A DNA stretch of 59,955 nt, taken from contig JAWXCN010000012.1 in NCBI GenBank assembly GCA_034408725.1, positions 1-59,955 on the forward strand, written 5' to 3'. Position 1 is the stretch's first letter, and every line of letters starts with the position of its first letter. The notes below the pieces were generated by a model. The model ran no database searches and was not told where the DNA came from. It saw only the letters and a list, made by a program, of their open reading frames with translations. A program made the translations under genes and the position numbers. Of this stretch, positions 50,438-59,955 are shown piece by piece. Source of the stretch: Candidatus Hydrogenedentota bacterium. Lineage in GTDB: Bacteria; Hydrogenedentota; Hydrogenedentia; Hydrogenedentales; SLHB01.

Positions 50438-51186
50438 GCGCGCCTGCTATTCGCGTGCAACGCGTGTCGGTGCGGCTGGGTGATTACGAAGCCCTGCGCG
50501 GCGTGAGTTTCGAGGCGCCCGAAGGGGCATTCGTCGCCGTAATTGGCCCAAACGGCGCGGGCAAGACGACCCTCCTTAATGTCTTGCTGGGGCTGCAACG
50601 ACCCGACCAGGGCGTGGTTGAAGTGTTTGGCATGGACCCGGCGAAGTTGCCGCCCGATACTCTGGGGTACATCCCGCAGTTGAAGACCCTGGACCGTAGC
50701 TTTCCGGGGCTGGCGATAGAACTTGTAGTGACAGGACGCCGCCGCTCATGGCCCTGGCGCATCTCCGCGGCGGATCGAGCGGCCGCGCTACATGCTCTCG
50801 AACTTACGGGGGTTGCACGGCTTGCCTCGCGGCCCATCGCGAGATTGTCGGGGGGCGAGTTGCAACGTGTGTACCTCGCGCGAAGCCTTGTCCGCAACCC
50901 GAAACTGCTCGTGCTGGACGAACCTGGCGCGGGCATGGACATCGGAGCGGAAGCCGAGATGTACCACCTCATCGATCACTATCAGACCGCGAGCAAAGCG
51001 ACTGTGCTGATGATCACGCACGACTGGGAAGGCGCGCGCGTCCATGCCACCCACGTGCTGCTCATGGACCGCGGCCTGGCGGCGTTCGGCGCGCCCGCGG
51101 AAGTTGCGCGGGAGGATCGGCTGCTGAATGTTTTTGGTTACGCGGGCCATCAAGCCTCGACACACCGGACTCCACCCGATGCCTGA
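50434..51186 (+). CDS. znuC: Metal ABC transporter ATP-binding protein
   Basis: GPNGAGKT, GYIPQ, LSGGELQR, LDEP, ITHD. Confidence 0.88.
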   Translation: MSAPAIRVQRVSVRLGDYEALRGVSFEAPEGAFVAVIGPNGAGKTTLLNVLLGLQRPDQGVVEVFGMDPAKLPPDTLGYIPQLKTLDRSFPGLAIELVVTGRRRSWPWRISAADRAAALHALELTGVARLASRPIARLSGGELQRVYLARSLVRNPKLLVLDEPGAGMDIGAEAEMYHLIDHYQTASKATVLMITHDWEGARVHATHVLLMDRGLAAFGAPAEVAREDRLLNVFGYAGHQASTHRTPPDA

Positions 51187-51985
51187 TTCATTCACCTGGG
51201 AAATCATGGGCTTGGGATTCGTTGCGGCGATTCTAGTGGGATTCGTCGCAAGTTATTTCGGCGTCTTTATCGTGCAGCGCCGCATGGCATTCCTCGGCAG
51301 CGGTCTCGCGCACGCGGCGTTTGGCGGCGTTGCGTTGGGCATTCTGCTCGATACACAGCCGCTGTTCGTTGCCTTGCCATTTACCATTTCGGTCGCGATT
51401 GCGATCATCTGGGTGCGCGATCATACCGGGCTCGCAGAGGACACGGTGATCGGGGTGATGTTCTCGGTGGCGATGGCCCTCGGCGTAGTCTTCCTGTTTC
51501 TGAAAGAAGGATTCAGCGGCGACGCGTACACGTACCTGTTCGGATCGGTTCTCGCCGTTTCGATGACTGATGTGGTGCTCGCCGGGTGCATGGTGGCCGC
51601 CACCCTGTGTACCTTTCCCCTTTGGGGCGCGTGGGCCTATGCCACATTTGATCGCGACCTCGCGCGGACCGACCGTCTCCGCGTGGTTTGGCACGATTAC
51701 GTGCTTGCATGCGCCATGTCAATTGTCATAGTCGTCTCGATGAAGATCGTAGGAATGGTGCTCATTGCTGCGTTCCTCGTGTTGCCGGCGGCCACGGCGC
51801 GGATGCTGTCGCAATCATTTCGCCAAATGACGTTGATTTCGATTGCCATTGGCGTTACAACACCCGCGATCGGCATGTACCTTTCATTGTTTCCCGATTT
51901 GCCGCCGGGCGCCCCAATCATTTTGGTGCAGTCGGCAATGTTTGTCGCCGCGTTGGTGGTCCGGAAGCAGGGCATGATAAAATGA
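51179..51985 (+). CDS. znuB: Metal ABC transporter permease
   Basis: VQRRMAFLGSGLAHAAFGG, YLFGS, LVLPAATA. Confidence 0.88.
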   Translation: MPDSFTWEIMGLGFVAAILVGFVASYFGVFIVQRRMAFLGSGLAHAAFGGVALGILLDTQPLFVALPFTISVAIAIIWVRDHTGLAEDTVIGVMFSVAMALGVVFLFLKEGFSGDAYTYLFGSVLAVSMTDVVLAGCMVAATLCTFPLWGAWAYATFDRDLARTDRLRVVWHDYVLACAMSIVIVVSMKIVGMVLIAAFLVLPAATARMLSQSFRQMTLISIAIGVTTPAIGMYLSLFPDLPPGAPIILVQSAMFVAALVVRKQGMIK

Positions 51986-52362
51986 GACAGGAAGCTGATA
52001 TGCCGAATTGCACACCGCACAATGAACACTCACACGATCACGGCCCGTCCTGTGGCCATCTTGCGATTGATCACGATGGCCACACCGACTACCTTCAGCA
52101 TGGCCGCCTGCTGCATCCGCATGGCGATCACTTTGACGTACACGTGCTCGCCGTGACGCCGCAAAATCCGGACGAATGCACGCAAGGCCATGACTGTGAC
52201 TCCCATGCCGCTACGCATGTGCATGGCCCGGGCTGCGGACACGAGGCCGTTCCCCACGGCGATCATGTGGATTATCTGGTGGGCGGCCACCTGCACCACC
52301 CGCACGGAGACCATTGTGATGATCATGGGCTGGTGAAGATTGTCGAGACTGAAAGGACCTAA
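51982..52362 (+). CDS. His/Cys-rich putative metal-binding protein
   Basis: Two copies of HxHGPxCGHxAxxHxxHxDYLxxGxLxHPHGDH; ATGA-coupled to znuB (alternative start 52000). Confidence 0.8.
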   Translation: MRQEADMPNCTPHNEHSHDHGPSCGHLAIDHDGHTDYLQHGRLLHPHGDHFDVHVLAVTPQNPDECTQGHDCDSHAATHVHGPGCGHEAVPHGDHVDYLVGGHLHHPHGDHCDDHGLVKIVETERT

Positions 52363-52566
52363 AAGACGAAGGGGGCAGAGAGACCGCAGAAGAACCCCCT
52401 ACCCCACCACCTCGATTATCGCCTTCACAAGCGTCGCGGAACCATTTGCGCGGATTTGCACATTAAATGGGTTTGACCGGTTTTCTGGTCCACGGGCCAT
52501 CATTTTTCTAATGCCGCGAAATCGTTTACGATACTCACGGGCGTAACGAACGAATCGCGGGGATGC

Positions 52567-53181
52567 ATGGAAATACTTTCGTTTGAATTAACGCCGTTCA
52601 TTACAAACTGCTATGTCGTGCGTGATGGCGGCGAAGCCTTGGTGATCGATCCCGGTGAGGTGACGCCGAAACTTTTGCAGGCGCTCGAAGGATACACCGT
52701 TAAGACTATCGTCAATACTCACTGCCACTGCGATCACTGCGGCGGCAACGCGGAGTTGCTGAAAATCACTGGCGCGGAACTGGTCTGCCATCCGGATGAA
52801 TTGCCGCTGCTGCGCGCATTGCCGCAGCAGGGCATGATGTTTGGGGTGCAGTATGGGCCTTCACCTGACCCGGATCGATTCATCAAAGAGGGTGACACGG
52901 TCTCCGTGGGCAACGTGACTTTCGGCGTGCGCGAGGCGCCCGGCCATTCTCCGGGCCACATCCTGCTGGTAGGAGACGGCTTTGTGATCAGCGGCGACGT
53001 GTTGTTCGCGGGCTCAATAGGACGCACGGACCTGCCCGGCGGGAGTTTTCCGCAGTTGATCAATTCTATTAAAACTCAACTCTTTACGTTGCCGGACGAC
53101 ACCGTGGTCTACAACGGTCACGGCCCGGAAACCACGATTGGCGTCGAACGGCGCACCAACCCGTTCCTTGTGGGCGCATGA
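52567..53181 (+). CDS. MBL-fold hydrolase (glyoxalase II/YcbL-like)
   Basis: THCHCDH, PGHSPG, GDVLFAGSIGRTDLPGG, GHGPETTIG.E...NPF. Confidence 0.92.
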   Translation: MEILSFELTPFITNCYVVRDGGEALVIDPGEVTPKLLQALEGYTVKTIVNTHCHCDHCGGNAELLKITGAELVCHPDELPLLRALPQQGMMFGVQYGPSPDPDRFIKEGDTVSVGNVTFGVREAPGHSPGHILLVGDGFVISGDVLFAGSIGRTDLPGGSFPQLINSIKTQLFTLPDDTVVYNGHGPETTIGVERRTNPFLVGA

Positions 53182-55070
53182 CGGCGTTTGCACTGCTTTT
53201 TCTCGTGGTTGCCGCGCCAGTCGTGCAGGTAACGATTGCGCCCGACCAGCCTGCGCCATTCGTATATGCCGACGATCCCGTCATTTTGCAAATCACTTCG
53301 GATTCAGATGGAACAGCCGCGGGGCAGGTGACCATAGCAGGAGATAACGGCGCAAACGTGGCGGTGGCTCTGACCGATCTCCCGCTTCGCGCGAATGGGC
53401 CGCATTGGCAGACACTCGATACGGCCCCAAAGGAATTGGGACGGTATCGCGCGCACGTTGTATTAAATGTGGGCGGCGACCGTTTCGAGGCGAATCTGGT
53501 GTATTGCCGGATCGCGCGTCCCAACGGCGAAATCACTTCGCCAGTGCGCGTCGCCATTCAATCGGACAACCCCGTGCTCCTTCACGCCCTACGCGGCGTG
53601 CCTTTGCAACGCGTCACGATTGACGCGTCCTCGCCCGCGCTCGCCGCGATCACAGGCGCCGGTCCGGGAAACGGTTTCCGGTTTACGGTAAACGCGCCAG
53701 TCGCCGTTGCGAACGACGCCGCAACCGTGGGGCCGCTTGTGGCAAGCGCGAAAGATAAGATTGAATACTGGCGTTTTACGTTGCCCGAAGAAAAAATGCC
53801 CGGACTTGAGTCTGCAATCGCCGCGATCCGGCAAGCAGGTGTGCGCTCACCCGTTGAAATCGTGCTTCCCGAGGATGCCGACGTACCGGATTTACTTGCG
53901 AATGGGTTGGGTCGGGCCGCCTCGGCGATCGTCCTCCATGCCAGCGAGTTCGCGGCGTCTGAAATTGATGGTCTGCACACCTTCGCGGAACGCGCTGGGT
54001 ACGAATCGCTTCCGATGACTGTGTCGCACGCAGCCGAACTGAACCGGACCAGCAGTGAGTTGATGCACGAGATGCTCGGCGGCATGGGCCCACGCATGGC
54101 ATGCGAAGTCACCGCGGAGGACCTGTTTGCGAAGGGGGCGTTCACGGAAACTTATCCCATGCTGAGCGCGGTGGCGCATCGATTCAACGGGCACGCTTTC
54201 GCCGATGACTACGGCGATGCTTCCAACGTTCGCGGAAAAATCTTTCGCGCGGGCAACGATTGGGTTGTTGCGCTATGGACGGCAAAGGCGCCGGTCGAGC
54301 ACGTGCTACTCACGGGCGATGCGAAAAACCTGCAAGTGTTCGACGCATGGAACAACCCGGTACCTGCGCCGTCCATCCAGAATGGCGCCGCGCGCGTGAT
54401 GGTAACGGCGCGTCCAACGTATGTCCGCGGAACAGGAGGCGGGGTGCTCGCGTTCGCCGCGCGCATCAGCGCACGGCGCGAAGCCGAGTCGTTCGTGAAA
54501 GACCGCTGGTTGCAGCAGGATTTGCCAAAGGAAATCCAGGACATTCTGAAGCCAGTCGGCGCAGCCAGCTTCGTGCGCACTGACCGGGTCAGCTTCTTTG
54601 CATTACTCCGAATGTTTCCGGTGCTCGAGCAGAAATGGCATGATGGGTCGATACGCCGTGACGTCGCGGTGCCCGCGATGGCGTCGCTGTCGCGGCTTGC
54701 GCGCAGCTTGTGCGTCCTGGAGCAGGCCTCCGGCGAACCGTTTATCGAACTGCTCCAGGAAACCCTCGCGCGTTGCGGCGAGTATCAGTCCCAGTACCTG
54801 ACCAGCACAGGCGGCACGGAGATGAAACACGAACGGGCCGAGTGGCTCGCCGCCGAAGTCGCGAGGCTGACGGCGGAAGCAAGAACGCTGGCCGACGCGG
54901 GACTTGGCATCGAGGCCGTCGGAATCGCATCATTGGCGGAATGGCGCGCTCGTTCGCTCGAATTTGCACTCAACGCTGAACCACTCGGCATCGCGGAACC
55001 GCCGCGCGCGGCCCCTGTAATGAAACCCAAGCCAAGCGCCAAAAAACAACCCACTACCCGGAAACGGTAA
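53178..55070 (+). CDS. Secreted hypothetical protein
   Basis: 630-aa ORF with signal peptide, ATGA-coupled to the upstream gene; no motif recognised. Confidence 0.65.
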   Translation: MTAFALLFLVVAAPVVQVTIAPDQPAPFVYADDPVILQITSDSDGTAAGQVTIAGDNGANVAVALTDLPLRANGPHWQTLDTAPKELGRYRAHVVLNVGGDRFEANLVYCRIARPNGEITSPVRVAIQSDNPVLLHALRGVPLQRVTIDASSPALAAITGAGPGNGFRFTVNAPVAVANDAATVGPLVASAKDKIEYWRFTLPEEKMPGLESAIAAIRQAGVRSPVEIVLPEDADVPDLLANGLGRAASAIVLHASEFAASEIDGLHTFAERAGYESLPMTVSHAAELNRTSSELMHEMLGGMGPRMACEVTAEDLFAKGAFTETYPMLSAVAHRFNGHAFADDYGDASNVRGKIFRAGNDWVVALWTAKAPVEHVLLTGDAKNLQVFDAWNNPVPAPSIQNGAARVMVTARPTYVRGTGGGVLAFAARISARREAESFVKDRWLQQDLPKEIQDILKPVGAASFVRTDRVSFFALLRMFPVLEQKWHDGSIRRDVAVPAMASLSRLARSLCVLEQASGEPFIELLQETLARCGEYQSQYLTSTGGTEMKHERAEWLAAEVARLTAEARTLADAGLGIEAVGIASLAEWRARSLEFALNAEPLGIAEPPRAAPVMKPKPSAKKQPTTRKR

Positions 55071-55086
55071 CCAGGAGGACTGTCAA

Positions 55087-56037
55087 ATGATCACGCGACG
55101 GACTATTGGCCTTTGTTGCGTCTTGGCTGCCGCGATCACGATCTGCACCGCGCACGCGCAGGAGCCACCGCGTATTCGCGTCATTACCTACAATGTCCAG
55201 TTCCTCCCCGGTATCGCGGCGTCGAGTAACGAGCGGCCGGAGCCCGAATACCGCGCGACGCGCATCGCGGAGGAATGCAGTGGTTATGACATCGTCGCGT
55301 TGCAGGAAACATTTGAACTACGGCACCGCGCGGCGATCAAGGACGCGGTGAAAGCCGCGTGGGGAGGCGCGCTGAATTTCATCGAAAGTCCCGATGAAAA
55401 AGGGCGCGTCACAAACGGTGGTTGCCTTCTCATGACGCGGATGCCGATTGTCGCGCAGGACGCGATCGTGTACAAGAATTTCAGCTCGCCCAAAGACTTT
55501 GGCTTTCGTGCGGACGGGTTTGCAGCGAAAGGCGCTATCTGGGCGCGTATTGCACGCAGTATGGAGGTGAAAGACGATTATGTGGATGTTTTCGTTACGC
55601 ACCTGGAAGCGCGCGCGGATGAACTGCGGCCACTCCAGTATGCGGAACTGGCGGCGTTCATTCAGGCAAAAGCGGACCCGAAAAAACCTGTGCTCATTCT
55701 TGGCGATCTAAATACCGCGGGCATGGCCGCGGAGCGCGCAAAGCAGGATTCGCAATATTCAGTGATGATGAAGGCATTTGGCGATGCGCGCGGCGATTCG
55801 GGCATGGCCGATGTCTGGGTCAGCCTGATGGGCGACGCGCTCGGCGGCACCACTGACCAGGAATCCACGGAGATCGGAAAGCGCATTGACTACATCCTGC
55901 TAGGCAACTCCAAAGATGGCGCGGCGCAACTCGTGCCGCGCAGCATCGAAGTAAAGACATACCAGGACCCAAAAGTCGTCGCGCTGTCCGATCACAACGC
56001 CGTGGTGGCGGAATTCACCTGGCCCTCTAAACCCTGA
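55087..56037 (+). CDS. Secreted endonuclease/exonuclease/phosphatase (sphingomyelinase C-like)
   Basis: TYNV, LQE, THL, GDLN, RIDYI, SDH. Confidence 0.88.
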   Translation: MITRRTIGLCCVLAAAITICTAHAQEPPRIRVITYNVQFLPGIAASSNERPEPEYRATRIAEECSGYDIVALQETFELRHRAAIKDAVKAAWGGALNFIESPDEKGRVTNGGCLLMTRMPIVAQDAIVYKNFSSPKDFGFRADGFAAKGAIWARIARSMEVKDDYVDVFVTHLEARADELRPLQYAELAAFIQAKADPKKPVLILGDLNTAGMAAERAKQDSQYSVMMKAFGDARGDSGMADVWVSLMGDALGGTTDQESTEIGKRIDYILLGNSKDGAAQLVPRSIEVKTYQDPKVVALSDHNAVVAEFTWPSKP

Positions 56038-56054
56038 ATTCGACGCGAGGGACG

Positions 56055-56741
56055 ATGAACATCTCGGCATTCGAGACCGCGTTCGCAGACCGGTTTCCGC
56101 TCACGACGCGCAACCTGCCGTCGTACGAGTTTTGGGACCCGATCGTGTCGCAACGCATTGATCCGTGTCCTGAAGTCAAGGGCATGCTGTCGATCAAGAA
56201 GCAGCAATTATTGCACCTCGCGTTTGGTTTGCTCGCGGAAGGCGAGGCATATCTCGAAGTCGGGACATATCAGGGCAAGAGCCTGTTGAGCGCGATGCTG
56301 AACAATCCGCCGCGGCCCGTATTCGCCTGCGACAATTTTTCGCAGTTCGATGACAACACCGCCGGGCAATTACGCAAAAATCTCGCGCTTTACGGGCTGC
56401 TGGAAAGCGTCGTGTTCCGCGACTGCGACGTCGCTGATATGTTCACCGCGGAGCGCCTGCCCCTGCCCATCGGCCTGTATTTCTACGATGGCGCGCACGA
56501 TTACGACAGCCAATACCAGGCCATTGCGCGCATCGAACCGTTCCTCGCGCCGGAAGCGCTGGTGCTGGTGGATGATTGGCGATTCGCGGAAGATTCGCAA
56601 TCGCACGCGAAGGCCGCTTCGGAACAGGCCGCCCGCGACAGCGGCGGTCATTGGCGTGTGCTTTACGAGCTTCCCGCCCGCTTCAACGGTGACCGCGCCA
56701 TGTGGTGGAACGGGGTGGGTGTACTGTCATACAAACGATAG
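56055..56741 (+). CDS. Class I SAM-dependent methyltransferase (Methyltransf_24-like)
   Basis: YLEVGTYQGKS, FYDGAHDY, LVDDW. Confidence 0.85.
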   Translation: MNISAFETAFADRFPLTTRNLPSYEFWDPIVSQRIDPCPEVKGMLSIKKQQLLHLAFGLLAEGEAYLEVGTYQGKSLLSAMLNNPPRPVFACDNFSQFDDNTAGQLRKNLALYGLLESVVFRDCDVADMFTAERLPLPIGLYFYDGAHDYDSQYQAIARIEPFLAPEALVLVDDWRFAEDSQSHAKAASEQAARDSGGHWRVLYELPARFNGDRAMWWNGVGVLSYKR

Positions 56742-56747
56742 CAGTCC

Positions 56748-58526
56748 CTACCGCGGCGCATCGCTTGCGACAATGGCCGGATTGCTGTCGGGCAATGGCG
56801 TGTGGACAGGAGTGCGATCGTTTCGCAGTACCAACTCTCCGTAGTACATGTCATTCTGAAACTTCAACCGGATTTGGCGGTGGCAGACGCCGCACGAAAA
56901 TTCGTGGCTCGTTTCCACCCCTTCCGGCAACCGCAAATACGTGCTGCAAAACGGACACGCGATGCTCTTTTCTTCCTTTTTGTAATAGTCCTGCAACAAC
57001 CGGTCTATCTTGCCGGCCTTATAACACCGCACCATCGCGTCCACGACATCCGGATCAAATTGGGTGCCTTTCCCTTTCTCCAATTCCGAGATTGCGAAGT
57101 TCGGATCGAGGCCCTTGCGATAAGGCCTGTTGCTGGTCATCGCGTCGAAAGTATCCGCCACGGCGAGCAGGCGCCCCTCGATAGGAATTTCCGTGCCGGA
57201 CAGTCCAAAGGGATAGCCGCGTCCGTCAAACCGCTCGTGATGGTATAAGGCGTAAGGAATGCATGGCGCGAGGAACTCGATGTCTTGCAGCAGGCGCGCT
57301 CCCTTTTCCGGATGCACCTTCATCTTCGCGAATTCGTCCTCCGTGAGATGGCCCGGCTTGCGGAGCACCGCGTCATCGACCGAAATTTTGCCGATGTCGT
57401 GCAAAACGCCGCCCATCTCGCATTCGCGTAATTTCTCCTCGTTCCACCCCAGCTCACGGGCTATCTCGAGTGCGAAATTGGTGACACGCCATGTATGGCC
57501 GACGGTGTAGTGATCGCGCAACTCGATCGAGTTCGCCAGCGCGATAAGGGTGTCTTGATACGACTTGTGCAATTTCGCCAAGTATTGCGCATTACGAATG
57601 GCAATGGCCGCCGGGCCCGCGAGCGCCACCATCAATTCGAGGTCGGATTGGTGGAACGCGTTGCGCGTCCCGCGCGTATCGACATAGATAACACCGAGCC
57701 GGTGTTTCTGGTGCGTCAATGGCACGCACATCGCAGACGTAATATTTTGCGCAATGATGCTTTGGCCCGCGTCAAACCGCGCGTCGTCCGCGGCGTTGTA
57801 CGTGATGACCGCTTCACCCTGATCGAATACGCGCTTCACAATGCTCGAACTCATCGCCACTTCGCCCTGGCCTTCGCCCTGACGGACGTGTTCGACGACC
57901 ATCTCCCCCTTTTTTTCGTCCTGCAACAAAATCACGCCGTTATGCGCCGGCACGAGCCGGAAAATTTGCGCCATGACGCGCTCGAATAACTTTTTGAGAT
58001 CGTGTTCCGAAGCGATGACCTGATTGGCTTCGTAGACGGCTTCGAGCCGTTTTTGCGTATCAACGAGTTGGTCCGTGCTGGTCACGCCCGCCGGCAATTT
58101 GAAGAACGTCTTGTACACGTTGTCCGCGGAAGTGGCCTCGACCGTACTGCCGATCTCTTCGGGGTGGAATCTGACACTGCCGCGCTCACTAGGCGGGCGT
58201 TGCTGAATGGGGCGGGGCGTGGTCATTGCCACCCCGTGCGGCGCTTCATAGCGGAGCATGAACGGACCGACCTTCACAACATCGCCGATAGCAAGGCGGT
58301 ACTCGAGGATGCGCTGTTCGCCGATATAGGTGCCATTGCCCGAACCGAGGTCTTTCAGAACGGTACCGTTGGGGGTTTGCTGAAACACGCAGTGGCGGCG
58401 CGACACTTGTAAGTCGTTTAGTTGCAAACTGTTATCAGGACTCCGGCCTATCGTCAACGATCCGACGATATCCACCTGCGCCCCTTCGAGTGGGCCGTTG
58501 AGTACAGTGAGACATTCACGCTTCAA
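56748..58526 (-). CDS. FHA-GAF-HD-GYP cyclic di-GMP phosphodiesterase with a C-terminal zinc ribbon
   Basis: IGR..VSRRH..DLGSGNGT (FHA); SAMCVPL..GVIYVD (GAF); HDIGK, HHERFDGRGYP; CPFC..CGVC. Confidence 0.9.
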   Translation of the reverse strand: MKRECLTVLNGPLEGAQVDIVGSLTIGRSPDNSLQLNDLQVSRRHCVFQQTPNGTVLKDLGSGNGTYIGEQRILEYRLAIGDVVKVGPFMLRYEAPHGVAMTTPRPIQQRPPSERGSVRFHPEEIGSTVEATSADNVYKTFFKLPAGVTSTDQLVDTQKRLEAVYEANQVIASEHDLKKLFERVMAQIFRLVPAHNGVILLQDEKKGEMVVEHVRQGEGQGEVAMSSSIVKRVFDQGEAVITYNAADDARFDAGQSIIAQNITSAMCVPLTHQKHRLGVIYVDTRGTRNAFHQSDLELMVALAGPAAIAIRNAQYLAKLHKSYQDTLIALANSIELRDHYTVGHTWRVTNFALEIARELGWNEEKLRECEMGGVLHDIGKISVDDAVLRKPGHLTEDEFAKMKVHPEKGARLLQDIEFLAPCIPYALYHHERFDGRGYPFGLSGTEIPIEGRLLAVADTFDAMTSNRPYRKGLDPNFAISELEKGKGTQFDPDVVDAMVRCYKAGKIDRLLQDYYKKEEKSIACPFCSTYLRLPEGVETSHEFSCGVCHRQIRLKFQNDMYYGELVLRNDRTPVHTPLPDSNPAIVASDAPR

Positions 58527-58652
58527 GATGCGTCCCCGCCAGCGTCAAATGGGGCGCCGGCCATGATTCCCAAGTTATCCATTTTATAGCACAAACTTCA
58601 TATCCTTGCCAAGAAAATTCCCGCAAACTCCGAGCCGGTCAATTTCTGAAAA

Positions 58653-58700
58653 CCACAATATTTAGTGTCTTGTCCAAACGAAATACCCCATAACTTGTAA
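58653..58700. promoter_or_regulatory. Tandem NrdR-box-like sites
   Basis: ccacaatatttagtgt (14/16 to acaCwAtATaTwGtgt) and accccataacttgtaa (10/16), with starts 32 bp apart. Confidence 0.5.
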
Positions 58701-58707
58701 ATTCTGC

Positions 58708-58736
58708 TTGACTAGCTCCTGCTTCCCCGCTAAAAT
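58708..58736 (+). promoter_or_regulatory. Sigma70 promoter
   Basis: TTGACT-17 nt-TAAAAT. Confidence 0.7.
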
Positions 58737-58908
58737 AACCCCGGATTCACCAGCGGGCTTGGGGGAATGTTCCAACCCATTGGCAACTCTACAGGTTACG
58801 GCCAGAACGCTCGCGGATTAGACGGGTGGTGGGCGCGTTCGCATTTGCGGGAGCAGTGCGGTCGCTCCTTCGCGGGCAAAATGCGCACAAATGACAGGCG
58901 GTAGCGGC

Positions 58909-59955
58909 ATGAGGGGTTTTGACCAGGGATCGGCGGCGGCCGACATATATCCGGCGCCAGCACCCGTTACGGACAATCGGCCCGATTTCGTTGATGCGCA
59001 CCAGGCGCAGTCTTTCCTGAATTTCTTTGGCCTATGCGAACAACCCTTCGCGGCGACGGCGGACCCTGCCTATTACTATGCGACCGCCGCGCACCGGGAA
59101 TGCCTGTTCCACTTGTGGAATACGGTGGATGAACGCCTCGGCATTGCGGTCGTGCTTGGCAACTACGGCACGGGCAAAACTACGCTTCTGCGAAAACTGC
59201 TCACCGGTATGCGTTCGCAACCGGAAAAGTACAATACAGTTGTGATTGCTTCGCCAATTCCTTCGTGGACGAGTTTCTCGCTGCTCGAGGGAATCACATT
59301 ACAGTTTGGACTCCAACCATCGCCCCGTTCATTCGTTGCGTATATGGATGCGCTCTACCAGTTCCTGTTGTCGTCGCGAGACCGCATTACGACGCTAATC
59401 ATCGATGATGCGCAAAACCTGAACAAGCGGGGCCAACTCGAACTGTTGAGACTTGTCCAAAACCTTGAAACGGCGCAGCACAAGCTGCTCAACCTAGTGC
59501 TGTTCGCGCAGGTCGAGTGGATACCCGTATTGCGCGCGGCGCCAAACTTTGAGCAGCGCGTCAGCACGACGTACACGCTCGGACCAATCAGCTTGCAGGA
59601 TACGCGGAACCTCATTCAGTTCCGGTTGCGGCAGGCCGGCGCGGGCGAACACGCACCCGTGTTTGACGACAGCGCGGTGCGTGTCATTCACGCGTATGCC
59701 GACGGCAGCCCGCGCGTAACCGTGACGCTGGCCCGCAATGCGCTGCTGCTTGCGTATCAACTCCGGTCGCGGCAGATCGGGCAGGCCATCGTACTGCACA
59801 CGATTCAGCGCACGACCATGCCAGACGATCAAAAACGCGCGCGGGCGGCCAATGTCACGATGCTGGTTGACGATTCGGGCCCTGTCTTTGACTTCACACC
59901 GCAATCGGATGCCGCGGCGGTTGCATCCGCAACGGGCCGGCGCCCCGATACGTCC
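58909..59955 (+). CDS. ExeA/GspA/MshM-type AAA ATPase (3' truncated; alternative start 58891)
   Basis: Manual translation: FFGLCEQPFAATADPAYYY, GNYGTGKTTL, LIIDDAQNL, GSPR; open to the window end. Confidence 0.85.
   Translation, partial: MRGFDQGSAAADIYPAPAPVTDNRPDFVDAHQAQSFLNFFGLCEQPFAATADPAYYYATAAHRECLFHLWNTVDERLGIAVVLGNYGTGKTTLLRKLLTGMRSQPEKYNTVVIASPIPSWTSFSLLEGITLQFGLQPSPRSFVAYMDALYQFLLSSRDRITTLIIDDAQNLNKRGQLELLRLVQNLETAQHKLLNLVLFAQVEWIPVLRAAPNFEQRVSTTYTLGPISLQDTRNLIQFRLRQAGAGEHAPVFDDSAVRVIHAYADGSPRVTVTLARNALLLAYQLRSRQIGQAIVLHTIQRTTMPDDQKRARAANVTMLVDDSGPVFDFTPQSDAAAVASATGRRPDTS

Overview
A GC-rich, gene-dense bacterial chromosomal segment. The many Tat-signal enzymes, HEAT-repeat and DUF1080-like proteins and several REP-like families suggest a Hydrogenedentota/PVC-like organism, but this is inference only. 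Housekeeping genes (gpmI, gatCAB, rsfS, dapAB, can, ppk1, znuACB, ppiD-like, yrbG-like) are mixed with periplasmic carbohydrate-active genes, a MoxR-DUF58-transglutaminase operon, a squalene synthase-like gene, an mcsA-mcsB-like pair, an FHA-GAF-HD-GYP regulator and a truncated ExeA-type ATPase. I saw no rRNA, tRNA, CRISPR array, integrase or transposase. The most unusual structure is the 1.9 kb between convergent gpmI and a DegT aminotransferase. There, AT-rich cargo genes (DUF4279-like, lipoprotein, HicBA-like) are separated by decayed 3' ends of divergent gpmI and degT alleles, which looks like a stacked, integrase-free cargo slot. Other points of note are an McsB paralog missing most catalytic motifs, a lipoprotein with four tandem beta-barrel repeats, tandem NrdR-like boxes upstream of non-RNR genes, four distinct REP-like families, a gatB frameshift (probable sequencing error) and a fold-back artefact at the window start.
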